In this document: positions 11,263 through 20,629 of the stretch, piece by piece
Layout of the letters: each line of letters begins with the position of its first letter
Position numbering within the stretch: position 1 is the first letter of the stretch
From: Tagaea sp.
Lineage (GTDB): Bacteria > Pseudomonadota > Alphaproteobacteria > CACIAM-22H2
Direction: 5' to 3'
Assembly (NCBI GenBank): GCA_965279525.1
Contig: CBDIIB010000003.1
Coordinates: 480,001-544,000 of the forward strand
DNA length: 64,000 bases
Notes under the pieces: model-generated
Seen by the model: the letters and a program-made list of their open reading frames with translations, nothing else
Told to the model about the DNA's origin: nothing
Database searches by the model: none
Translations under genes and position numbers: made by a program

Positions 11263-12153
11263 GTGCCCGTGACAGTCCAGATTCCGCCGCAAGGCCGGCC
11301 GTGGGTCGGGATCCTTCTCGTCTGCGGCGCGATGCTGTGCTTCGCGGCCCTCGACACGGTCGCGAAGTACCTGACGCGCGACTACCATTCGCTCCAGGTC
11401 GTGTGGGGGCGCTATTTCTTCCATGCCCTGCTGCTGGTGCCGTTCGTCTGGCGGCGCGGCCTGCGCCGTTCGTTCGCCACCGCGAACCCGAAACTGCAGG
11501 CCGGCCGCGCGGTGCTCATCAGCATCATCACGTTCATGTTCTTCACGACGCTGAGCTACCTGCCGCTGGTCGACGCGCAGGCGATCAGCTTCACGATGCC
11601 GCTGATCCTGACCGCGATCGCCTTCTTCTTCCTCGGCGAGAAGGTCGGCCCGCGCCGCTGGGCGGCGGTGGCGGTGGGGTTCGTGGGCGTGCTGTTCATC
11701 ATCCGGCCGACCGGCGACACGATGCACTGGGCGGCCCTGCTGTGCCTCGCGTGTGCCGCCCTCAACGCGGTCTTCCACCTGATGACGCGCCGGCTCGCGC
11801 GCACCGACAGCCCGGATGTCGGCATCGCCTATGCGGGGTTCACGGGTGCGGCGGTCTTCTCGCTTGTCGTGCCAAGCGTTTGGCGCACGCCGGACGCAAG
11901 TGCCATGCTGATGCTCGCGAGCATGGGCGTGCTGGGCGCCACGGGCCACTACTGGCTGAGCCAGGCCTATATCCACGCGCGCGCCGTCGTCATAGCGCCT
12001 TACATCTATCTCCAGATGGTCTGGGTGGCGTTGTTCGGCTTCGTGCTGTTCGGTGATGTGCCGAGCCTGTCGACCAGCCTCGGCACGGCGATCGTCGTCG
12101 GCGCCGGCCTCTATGTCTTCGCGCGCGAGCGCAAGCTGAAGGGCGAGGGATGA
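11263..12153 (+). CDS. DMT/EamA family transporter (start uncertain)
   Basis: About 10 hydrophobic segments; LGEKVGPRRW, IIRP, APYIYLQ, FGDVP. Confidence 0.88.
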   Translation: MPVTVQIPPQGRPWVGILLVCGAMLCFAALDTVAKYLTRDYHSLQVVWGRYFFHALLLVPFVWRRGLRRSFATANPKLQAGRAVLISIITFMFFTTLSYLPLVDAQAISFTMPLILTAIAFFFLGEKVGPRRWAAVAVGFVGVLFIIRPTGDTMHWAALLCLACAALNAVFHLMTRRLARTDSPDVGIAYAGFTGAAVFSLVVPSVWRTPDASAMLMLASMGVLGATGHYWLSQAYIHARAVVIAPYIYLQMVWVALFGFVLFGDVPSLSTSLGTAIVVGAGLYVFARERKLKGEG

Positions 12154-12686
12154 GGGCGCTGCTTGCCGCCGCGACCGTCGCGCTTTGCCTTGCAGGACCG
12201 GGCCGTGCAGGACCGGTGCATGCACAGACGCCGGCCGAGGACGCGCAGACCTATGATGCCGGACTCAAGGCGTATCTTGCGGGCGATCCGGCGGCGGCCT
12301 GGTTCTTCTGGCTGGGGCCGGCCGAGCGCGGCCATCGCGACGCGCAGTTCTCGATTGGGCATCTCTACCGGACGGGCGAGGGTGTTCCGTCCGATCCTGT
12401 TTCGGCGGCGCAGTGGTTCACGCGCGCCGCCGAGCAGGGCGATCCGCACGCCATGCTCAACCTCGCCTTGATGCACGAGCAGGGGGCGGGCGTGGCGCGC
12501 GACCTGGCGTTGGGCTATGCGCATGCCGCACGCGCCGGACGCCTGCTGGAGGGCGAGGATTTCGAACGCGCGCGCGTGGCGGCCGCGCGCATCGCGATCG
12601 GGTTCGCACCGGGCGAGGCCGACCGGGCGCGCCGGCTTATCATCGAACTCGACCGCCGCCGGCCGGTCCCGCCACGTCCGCAGTAG
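12150..12686 (+). CDS. Secreted Sel1-repeat protein
   Basis: Signal peptide; AERGHRDAQFSIGHLYRTGEGV and AAEQGDPHAMLNLALMHEQGAGV repeats. Confidence 0.88.
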   Translation: MRALLAAATVALCLAGPGRAGPVHAQTPAEDAQTYDAGLKAYLAGDPAAAWFFWLGPAERGHRDAQFSIGHLYRTGEGVPSDPVSAAQWFTRAAEQGDPHAMLNLALMHEQGAGVARDLALGYAHAARAGRLLEGEDFERARVAAARIAIGFAPGEADRARRLIIELDRRRPVPPRPQ

Positions 12687-12754
12687 GATATTTTTGCTGA
12701 CCGGGCCGGAGCGCCGCGCGAATCTTCCGCCGACCGCAAATCGGTTGCCGTGAA

Positions 12755-12818
12755 ACAGGTTACGACAGGTTACGGTAACCTGTTTAAAGCATTGAAATTA
12801 AAAGATTGTAACGTTAAT
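12755..12818. repeat. Intergenic module A: 10-bp tandem repeat, palindrome and IHF-like site
   Basis: ACAGGTTACG x2 (12755-12774); palindrome ACAGGTTAC-G-GTAACCTGT (12765-12783); TAAAGCATTGAAA (12785-12797); GTAACGTTAA at 12808. Confidence 0.8.
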
Positions 12819-12972
12819 TGAGATTTTCTATCCGTTTGTAGTCTGCGAAGAAATCAGTCGGTCACCCCGACCTCGACCTGCCGGCATGGTGCGCGCATAT
12901 TTACCATGTCAAAGAGCGAATAGGAACTTACTCTATGACAGGTCGATCCGGATTACAACCCTGGAGTCAGCC

Positions 12973-13182
12973 CTACTTCTTGGCCTTCTCGGACTTGCGC
13001 GCTTCGCTCTTGCCCTTCGTCGCGTCCTTCTTCGAAGCGTTCGTCTCGCGCACCTGCGACGCACGCTCCTTGCCGCGCACTTCGCCGGCCTTGTTCGCGC
13101 GATCGGGCTGCTGCTGGGCGAATGCGGGCGTGCCGGTAATCGCGAGAAGCACGGCAGAGGCGAGAAGCATCGTGCGTTTCAT
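12973..13182 (-). CDS. Small secreted Lys-rich hypothetical protein (69 aa)
   Basis: GGGAG RBS; signal peptide MKRTMLLASAVLLAITGTPAFA; basic low-complexity tail. Confidence 0.75.
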   Translation of the reverse strand: MKRTMLLASAVLLAITGTPAFAQQQPDRANKAGEVRGKERASQVRETNASKKDATKGKSEARKSEKAKK

Positions 13183-13193
13183 GGCGGTTCTCC

Positions 13194-13964
13194 CTATTTC
13201 CCCTTGAAGATCGCGGGGCGTTTTTCGATGAAGGCCGCAACACCCTCCCGGAAATCCGCAGTCGCGACAAGCGTGGAGAATGCCTTGCGCTCGAACTGCA
13301 GGCCCTGCTCCAGCGGAACGTCGCGCGCGGCGAGCACCAGTTCCTTGGCAAGACGGATGGCGAGCACGGGCTTTTCGGCGATCTTCGCGGCGAGTGCGAC
13401 GGCGCGCGCGGCGACTTCCAAGTCCGGCACGGTTTCGGCGACAAGGCCGCACTGGCGTGCCTCGGCAGCCGAGATCATCTCGCCCGACAGGATCAGCTTC
13501 ATCGCGACCTGCTGGCCGGCGATGCGCGCCAGGCGCTGCGTGCCGCCGGCACCGGGCACCACGCCGAGATTGACCTCCGGCTGGCCGAACCTGGCACCTT
13601 CGCCCGCGACGACGATGTCGGCATGCATGGCAAGCTCGCACCCGCCACCCAGCGCATAGCCGCACACGGCGGCCACGACCGGCTTGGGGAAGCGGCGGAA
13701 GCGCTGCCAGTGGCCGACGCGCGCGTCGAGCAGGGCCGTGACGGCATCGCGCGTCGCGAGTTCCTTGATGTCGGCGCCCGCCGCGAAGACCTTGTCGCCG
13801 CCGGTGACGATCACGGCGCGGATCGCGTCGTCCGCAGCCGCGGCGTCGAGCGCGTCAGCGAGCAGGCCGAGCAGGGCGGTCGACAGCGCGTTGCGCGCCG
13901 CCGGGCGGTTGAGAGTCAGGCGCCGCACGCCGGGGGCGGGGTCGTCGGTAAGAAGGTCGGTCAT
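13194..13964 (-). CDS. Enoyl-CoA hydratase (PaaF-like)
   Basis: LTLNRP, FAAGADIKE, GYALGGGCELA, FGQPEVNLG, PGAGGTQRL. Confidence 0.92.
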   Translation of the reverse strand: MTDLLTDDPAPGVRRLTLNRPAARNALSTALLGLLADALDAAAADDAIRAVIVTGGDKVFAAGADIKELATRDAVTALLDARVGHWQRFRRFPKPVVAAVCGYALGGGCELAMHADIVVAGEGARFGQPEVNLGVVPGAGGTQRLARIAGQQVAMKLILSGEMISAAEARQCGLVAETVPDLEVAARAVALAAKIAEKPVLAIRLAKELVLAARDVPLEQGLQFERKAFSTLVATADFREGVAAFIEKRPAIFKGK

Positions 13965-14002
13965 GGCGTTCAGCTTATCAGAATGGCGTTCAGCCTATCA
14001 GA
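13963..14002. repeat. 20-bp tandem duplication abutting the start codon
   Basis: ATGGCGTTCAGCTTATCAGA / ATGGCGTTCAGCCTATCAGA (1 mismatch). Confidence 0.9.
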
Positions 14003-14005
14003 ATC

Positions 14006-14037
14006 GAAACCCCCGCCGGGCGGGACCCGGCGGGGGT
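14006..14037 (-). terminator. GC-rich terminator hairpin
   Basis: ACCCCCGCCGGG-CGGGA-CCCGGCGGGGGT (14009-14037); short T run follows on the minus strand. Confidence 0.7.
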
Positions 14038-14071
14038 CGGATCGAATGCCGTTAAGGAGCCTTTCGGCCCG

Positions 14072-14191
14072 TCATCCCACGTCGGAGGCGATCGCTGAGG
14101 TCGTCGTCCGCGCATGGCCTGCCCCGGATTTCTCCAAAGCGGTCACGGCAAGCACCGGCACGAAGCCGGAATTGAACGATCCTGTGCGCAC
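14072..14191 (-). CDS. Candidate 39-aa small ORF with extended Shine-Dalgarno
   Basis: Minus strand GAAAGGAGGTGATCCA-GTG; MRTGSFNSGFVPVLAVTALEKSGAGHARTTTSAIASDVG. Confidence 0.5.
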   Translation of the reverse strand: MRTGSFNSGFVPVLAVTALEKSGAGHARTTTSAIASDVG

Positions 14192-14336
14192 TGGATCACC
14201 TCCTTTCGTGGCGGCGACCGGCCCGCGATCCCGCGCGGACGTCGTATCGGTCGCCGGAAGGACGGATAGGGCCGCCCACCCATCCGGACCCTTCTCCCGA
14301 TGAACGGGCGAATCGGTCCGGACCATCGACCCCCGA

Positions 14337-14366
14337 ATCATGCGGGAGGCGGAGTCAGCCGGTCAA
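14337..14366 (-). promoter_or_regulatory. Sigma70-like promoter for the small-ORF/sRNA transcript
   Basis: TTGACC-N18-CATGAT on the minus strand. Confidence 0.5.
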
Positions 14367-14372
14367 GCAGGA

Positions 14373-15057
<685 letters not shown>

Positions 15058-15065
<8 letters not shown>

Positions 15066-15819
15066 CGCCGTCTCCCAGATAGGCCGCGCGGACCTCGGCG
15101 TTGGCGCGGATCGCCTCGGGCACGTCGCATGCGATGACGCGCCCGTAGACCAGCACGGTGATGCGGTCGGCGAGCGCGAACACCACGTCCATGTCGTGCT
15201 CGATCAGCAGGATCGTCTCTTCGCCTTTCAGGCGCGCCAAAAGCTGCGTCATGCGCTCGGATTCGTCCTTGCCCATGCCGGCCATTGGCTCGTCGAGCAG
15301 CAGCAGGCGCGGGCGCGTGGCCAGCGCCATCGCGATCTCGAGCTGGCGCTGTTCGCCGTGCGCGAGATTGACTGCGCGCACGTCGGCGCGCGCCCCCAGC
15401 CCGACGCGTTCGAGGATCGCGCGCGCCGGATCGCGCAGCGCACCTTCGGCGCGTGCGGACTGCCAGAAACGGAACGAATGCCCGTCCTGCGCCTGCACGG
15501 CCATCGCGACGTTGTCGAGGGCCGTGAAGCCGCGGAAGATCTGCGTGATCTGGTAAGAGCGCGCGATGCCGAGACGCGCGCGCGCGTCGACGGCCAAGCC
15601 GGTCACGTCCGCCCCGTCGAACGCGATGGTGCCGCCATTGGGGATGATCTCGCCGGCGAGCTGGGCGACCAGCGTGGTCTTGCCGGCCCCGTTCGGGCCG
15701 ATGATCGCGTGGATCTCGCCGCGCCGCACGTCGAGCGAGACGTTGTCGGTCGCCGTCAGGCCACCGAAGCGCTTGACCAGCCGATCGACCGACAGGAGCG
15801 TGTCAGTGGCCGCCGCCAT
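15058..15819 (-). CDS. Liv-type ABC ATP-binding protein (LivG-like)
   Basis: GPNGAGKTT, LAHGEQR, LDEPMAG, IEHDMD, AYLG. Confidence 0.93.
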
Positions 15820-16795
15820 GGCGATCCTCCTTCGGCAGGAACCAGCCGAAAATCCCGCGCCGCGCGAACAGCACCAGCAGCAGCAGGATCGGGCCGAACA
15901 CGACCATCCAGTGCTCGGTATAGTCGGGCAGTGTCTTTTCGAGGAACAGGAACGCGACGGCGCCGACCACCGGGCCGACCAGCGTGCCGAGGCCGCCCAG
16001 CACGACCATGACGATGAGGTCGCCCGAGCGCGTCCAGTGCATGATCGACGGGCTGATGTAGCTTTCGTGCGCCGCGAACAGGGCGCCGGCAAGGCCTGCG
16101 GTGGCACCGGCGATGGCGAAGGCCGCCAGCTTGTAGCGCGTGGTCGGGAAGCCCAGCGCCTTCATGCGTCGTTCGTTCTCGCGGCAGCCCTGCACGACCA
16201 GGCCGAAGCGCGAATTGACCAGCCGGCGTCCGCCATAGAGCACGGCGCACAGCACGGCGAGGACCAGATAGTAGAACGCCGCGTCGTCCTGCGTGTCGAT
16301 GAAGCCGAAGGCCACCGTGTCGCCGTCGAAGCGCAGCCCGTCGTCGCCGCCATAGGCGCGCAACGACACGAAGAAGAAATAGATCATCTGCGCGAAGGCG
16401 AGCGTGATCATGATGAAATAGATGCCCGTCGTGCGCAGGCTGACGAGGCCGATCAGGGCCGCGATGGCGCCCGACACGAGGATGGCGGCCGGCCACGTGA
16501 ACAGCACGTTGTTGGTGCCCATCCAGTCGCCGAGCAGCGGCACCTCGCGGCCCGCGTGCCAGTTCAGGATCGCCACGACATAGGCGCCGATCCCGAAGAA
16601 GGCGGCATGGCCGAAACAGACCATGCCGCCATACCCGAGGATCAGGTCGAGACTGACGGCCGCGATCGCGAAGATCAGGATCCGGCGGAACTGGGCGATC
16701 TGGTACTCCTGCCCCACCGCCGTGACGACGAGGGGCAGGGCTGCAAGGGCGAGCAGCAGCACGATCACGAACCAGGTGCGGCGGTCGAGCTTCAT
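15803..16795 (-). CDS. Liv-type ABC permease (LivM-like)
   Basis: LGYGGMVCFGHAAFFG, RENERR, VLGGLGTLVGP. Confidence 0.92.
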   Translation of the reverse strand: MKLDRRTWFVIVLLLALAALPLVVTAVGQEYQIAQFRRILIFAIAAVSLDLILGYGGMVCFGHAAFFGIGAYVVAILNWHAGREVPLLGDWMGTNNVLFTWPAAILVSGAIAALIGLVSLRTTGIYFIMITLAFAQMIYFFFVSLRAYGGDDGLRFDGDTVAFGFIDTQDDAAFYYLVLAVLCAVLYGGRRLVNSRFGLVVQGCRENERRMKALGFPTTRYKLAAFAIAGATAGLAGALFAAHESYISPSIMHWTRSGDLIVMVVLGGLGTLVGPVVGAVAFLFLEKTLPDYTEHWMVVFGPILLLLVLFARRGIFGWFLPKEDRHGGGH

Positions 16796-16799
16796 CGCT

Positions 16800-17687
16800 T
16801 CACGCCCGCGCCGAGAACAGGCCGGCGGGCTTCCAGAACAGCACCGTCGCCATCAGGATGTAGATCGCCATCTCGGCCAGTGCCGTCGGCAGGCCGAGCT
16901 GGGCCGGCACGATGCGCCCGAACGTGTCGACCACGCCCACGATGATCGCCGCGACGAAGGCACCCCGGATCGACCCGATGCCGCCGATGACGATCACGAC
17001 GAACGTCTTGATCAGCATCGAATCGCCCATGCCGATCTCGACCACGTAGATCGGGCCGGCCATGGCGCCGGCGAGCGCGGCGAGGGCCGCCCCCAGTGCG
17101 AAGACCAGCGTGTAGAGCAGCTTGATGTCGACGCCCAGCGCCCCGATCATCTCGCGGTTGGAGGCACCAGCACGGATCAGCATGCCCACGCGCGTGCGCG
17201 CGATCAGCCACCACAGGCCCAGCGCCACCGCCAGTCCCACCGCGAGCACGACGAGCCGGTAGACGGGGTAGGGCGCACCCGGGATGAGCTCGACGCGCCC
17301 GGCGAGGAAGGCGGGCACGTCGATGAAGATCGCGACCGGCCCCCACACGATCTTGACGAGCTCGTTGAAGAACAGGATCAGGCCGAACGTGGCGAGCACC
17401 TGATCGAGATGGTCGCGCGCATAGAGCGTGCGCAGCGCCACGGTCTCGACCGCAAGACCGACGATGAACGTGCCGGCGACGGCAAGCGGGACGGCCAGCA
17501 GGAAGCTGCCGGTCCACTGGGTGAAGGTCGCGGTCAGGAAGGCGCCGACCATGTAGAGCGAGCCGTGCGCCAGGTTGACCATGTTCATGATGCCGAAGAC
17601 GAGCGTCAGCCCGGCGGCCATCAAGAACAGCGTGACGCCGAGCTGCAGCCCGTTCAGCGTCTGCTCGAGGAGGAGGAGGAGGGACAA
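16800..17687 (-). CDS. Liv-type ABC permease (LivH-like)
   Basis: GLTLVFGIMNMVNLAHG, IRAGASN, IGGIGSIRG. Confidence 0.92.
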   Translation of the reverse strand: MSLLLLLEQTLNGLQLGVTLFLMAAGLTLVFGIMNMVNLAHGSLYMVGAFLTATFTQWTGSFLLAVPLAVAGTFIVGLAVETVALRTLYARDHLDQVLATFGLILFFNELVKIVWGPVAIFIDVPAFLAGRVELIPGAPYPVYRLVVLAVGLAVALGLWWLIARTRVGMLIRAGASNREMIGALGVDIKLLYTLVFALGAALAALAGAMAGPIYVVEIGMGDSMLIKTFVVIVIGGIGSIRGAFVAAIIVGVVDTFGRIVPAQLGLPTALAEMAIYILMATVLFWKPAGLFSARA

Positions 17688-17702
17688 GGGCGCGCAAGAT
17701 CC

Positions 17703-17726
17703 GCCCCTGCACCGAAGTGCAGGGGC
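17703..17726. other. Intra-operon stem-loop between SBP and permease genes (likely mRNA stability/attenuation element)
   Basis: GCCCCTGCAC-CGAA-GTGCAGGGGC perfect 10-bp stem. Confidence 0.65.
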
Positions 17727-17736
17727 GGGGCAGCGT

Positions 17737-18921
17737 TCATTTCATCTTGCACTGGCTGGCGTAGGCATCGGCATGACCCGAGAAGATGATGCCGCGCATC
17801 TGGTTGACCAGGCGGCCCTTCTCGTCCTTGCCGATCTGCGTCAGGTAGTAGTTCTGGATCGGGAAGTGGTTCGTGTTGAACTTGAACGGCCCGCGCGTCG
17901 ACGGGAAGTTCGCCGCCATCAGCGCGTTGCGGAAGGCGTCCTTGTTGGCGATGCTGCCGCCGGTGGCCTTCAGGGCGGAATCGATCAGCATGGCCGCGTC
18001 GTAGCTCTGCGCGGCGTAGGGGCTGGGGATCCGGTTGTGGGCCGCCTCGAAGTCCGCGACGAACTTCTGGTTCGCCGGATTGCCGAGGCTCTCCGACCAG
18101 TAGGTCGACGCGAACATGCCGAGAGCGGCATCGCCCACGCCGGGCAGGATCGTCTGGTCGGCCGTGAACGAAGGCGCGAACAGCGGCACCTGCGGCATCA
18201 GGCCGAGCTGCGAATACTGGCGGATGTACGCGACACCCATGCCACCCGGATAGAAGATGTAGGTGGCGTCGGGGCGTGCGGCGCGCAGGGCCGCGAGTTC
18301 GGCGGCATAGTCGGTCTGGCCGAGCTGGGTGTAGACCTCGCCGGCGATCTCGCCCTTGAAGTAGCGCTTGAAGCCGGCGAGCGCGTCGCGGCCGGCGGGA
18401 TAGTTGGGCGCCATGATGTACGCGCGCTTGATGCCCGCGTTCGTCATGTGCTGGCCCATCGCCTCGTGCGTGTTGTCGTTCTGCCACGAGGCCGCGAAGA
18501 AGTTCGGGTGGCAGTCCTTGCCCGCGAGTTCCGAGGGACCCGCGTTGCCCGAGATCAGGAACACGCCGCGGCGCTCCTTCAGCACGGTGTCCGACAGGGC
18601 GAGCATGATGTTCGAGAAGATCACGCCGGTGACGATGTCGACGCGGTCGCGCTGGACCATGCGTTCGGCCATCGCCTTGCCGGCGTCCGGGCGGAACTGG
18701 TCGTCGCCGACGATCAGCTCGGTCGGCACGCCGCCGAGGCGTCCGCCGGCATGGCGGATCGCGAGATTGAAGCCGTCGACCATGTCGCGGCCGAGGCCGG
18801 CATTGGGGCCCGACTGCGTGGTGATGAGGCCGATCTTGACGCCCTGCTGGGCGGCCGCCGGCTGGACCACGAGCGCCGGTACGGCGATCGCGAGCGCGGC
18901 GAGGAGGGTTCTGCGTAGCAT
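17737..18921 (-). CDS. ABC substrate-binding protein (aromatic-acid-binding, AbmH-like)
   Basis: Signal peptide; SGNAGPS..AGKDC, SWQND, APNYPAG, GPFKFNTNHFPIQ. Confidence 0.88.
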   Translation of the reverse strand: MLRRTLLAALAIAVPALVVQPAAAQQGVKIGLITTQSGPNAGLGRDMVDGFNLAIRHAGGRLGGVPTELIVGDDQFRPDAGKAMAERMVQRDRVDIVTGVIFSNIMLALSDTVLKERRGVFLISGNAGPSELAGKDCHPNFFAASWQNDNTHEAMGQHMTNAGIKRAYIMAPNYPAGRDALAGFKRYFKGEIAGEVYTQLGQTDYAAELAALRAARPDATYIFYPGGMGVAYIRQYSQLGLMPQVPLFAPSFTADQTILPGVGDAALGMFASTYWSESLGNPANQKFVADFEAAHNRIPSPYAAQSYDAAMLIDSALKATGGSIANKDAFRNALMAANFPSTRGPFKFNTNHFPIQNYYLTQIGKDEKGRLVNQMRGIIFSGHADAYASQCKMK

Positions 18922-18988
18922 CTGGAAGGCTCCCTTGTTCTTGGCGTTTATGGGCGGATTGTCGCAGGCACGGATTGGTCTCGCAAGG

Positions 18989-20629
18989 TCAGGCTTTGGG
19001 CGTTTCGCGCAGCTTGAAGCGCTGCACCTTGCCCGTTTCGGTGCGCGGGAGTTCGGCGACGAATTCCACGCTGCGCGGATACTTGTAAGGGGCGATCGTC
19101 GCCTTGACGTGGTCCTGGAGTTCCTTGGCCGTCGCCGCGTCGGCGTGGCGCGGGTCGCGCAGCACGACGAAGGCCTTCACGATGGTGCCGCGCTCTGCAT
19201 CCGGTGCGCCGACCACGGCGCATTCGCGGATCTTGGGATGGTCGAGCAGAACGCTCTCCACCTCCGGGCCCGACACGTTGTAGCCGGCGGTCACGATCAT
19301 GTCGTCGGTGCGCGCCTGGTACCAGAAATACCCGTTCTCATCCATCCGGTAGGCGTCGCCCGTCAGGTTCCAGCCGTCCTGCACGTATTTGCGCTGGCGC
19401 TCGATGTCGTCGAGATAGCGGCAGCCGGTGGCGCCGCGCACCGCAAGCCGACCGATCTCGCCCGGCGGCAGGCGGTTGCCGTCGTCGTCGAGGATGCAGG
19501 CCGTGTAGCCGGGGATGGCGCGCCCCGTCGCACCCGCGATCATGTCGTCCGGCGCCGACGCGATGAAGATGTGCAGCATCTCGGTCGCCCCCAGCCCGTC
19601 GATCAGCTTGATGCCGGTGTGGCGCTGCCAGCCTTCGAACACGGGCTTGGGCAAGTGCTCGCCCGCCGACACGCCCTTGACCAGCGAGGCGAACGCCTTG
19701 GCCGGCGCGTTCTCGGTCATCGCGCGATAGGCGGTGGGGGCCGTGAACAGGATCGTCGCCTTGCCGTCCGACACGATCTGCGGCAGCAGGTCGGGGCTGG
19801 CACGCTCGGCCAGCAGCGTGGAAGCACCAAAGCGCATCGGGAACGTGACGAGGCCGCCCAGCCCGAACGTGAAGGCGAGCGGCGGCGAGCCGGTGAAGAT
19901 GTCGTCTGCTTGCGGTTTCAGCACGTAGCGCGGGAAGGCGTCGCAGATCGCCATCACGTCGCGGTGGAAATGCATCGTGCCCTTGGCGGGGCCCGTGGTG
20001 CCCGACGTGAACGCGATCAGCGCCACGTCGTCGGCCGCTGTCGGGCAGTTGTCGAACGTCGCGGGCTTGGCGGAAGCGCGCTTCTCGAGCCCGTCGGGCG
20101 CATCGCCGTTGAAATAGAGGATGTCGCTGCAGACCGGCATGGCGGCCTTCGCCTTCTCCATCTCCTCGGCCAGCCGAACGTCGCACAGGGCCAGCGTCAC
20201 CTGCGCCTTGCCCAGGATGTAGCCAAGCTCCTTGGCGCGCAGCAGCGGCATCGTGGCGACCGCGATGGCGCCGGCCTTCAGAACGGCGAACCAGCACGCG
20301 ACCATCATCGGGTTGTTGGCCGCGCGCAGCAGCACGCGGTTGCCGGACTTGAGGCCGTAGTCTTCCACCAGCACGCGCGCGATCCGGTTGGCGTGCGCGA
20401 GGAGATCGGCGTAGGTCCAGACGCTTTTGCCGAAGCGCAGGCAGGCGCGCGGGCCCCAGCCGCGCGCGACGGCGGCATCGAGCAGTTCGACGCCGGCGTT
20501 CAGGTGCGGCGGGTAGTAAAGCTCGGGCAGGGCCGCGAACATCTCCGGCCATTCGCTTTGCGCCGGCAGGTGCGCGCGCGCGAAGCCGTCGACATGCGCG
20601 GACGGTCCGAGGGCGGGGCGCTCAGCCAT
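18989..20629 (-). CDS. 2-aminobenzoate/benzoate-CoA ligase (AbmG-like)
   Basis: SAHVDGFARAHLP N-terminus, FTSGTTGPAKGTMHFH, DGLGATEMLHIF, APYKYPR, TETGKVQRF. Confidence 0.88.
   Translation of the reverse strand: MAERPALGPSAHVDGFARAHLPAQSEWPEMFAALPELYYPPHLNAGVELLDAAVARGWGPRACLRFGKSVWTYADLLAHANRIARVLVEDYGLKSGNRVLLRAANNPMMVACWFAVLKAGAIAVATMPLLRAKELGYILGKAQVTLALCDVRLAEEMEKAKAAMPVCSDILYFNGDAPDGLEKRASAKPATFDNCPTAADDVALIAFTSGTTGPAKGTMHFHRDVMAICDAFPRYVLKPQADDIFTGSPPLAFTFGLGGLVTFPMRFGASTLLAERASPDLLPQIVSDGKATILFTAPTAYRAMTENAPAKAFASLVKGVSAGEHLPKPVFEGWQRHTGIKLIDGLGATEMLHIFIASAPDDMIAGATGRAIPGYTACILDDDGNRLPPGEIGRLAVRGATGCRYLDDIERQRKYVQDGWNLTGDAYRMDENGYFWYQARTDDMIVTAGYNVSGPEVESVLLDHPKIRECAVVGAPDAERGTIVKAFVVLRDPRHADAATAKELQDHVKATIAPYKYPRSVEFVAELPRTETGKVQRFKLRETPKA

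Noticed and set aside
12755-12783. Short repeats as a CRISPR array (also 13963-14002 and 60567-60591)
   Set aside because: Only two adjacent copies, no spacers and no cas genes.
14191-14207. CTGGATCACCTCCTTTC as a 16S rRNA gene fragment
   Set aside because: Flanks do not continue as 16S sequence; better read as an extended SD on the minus strand.
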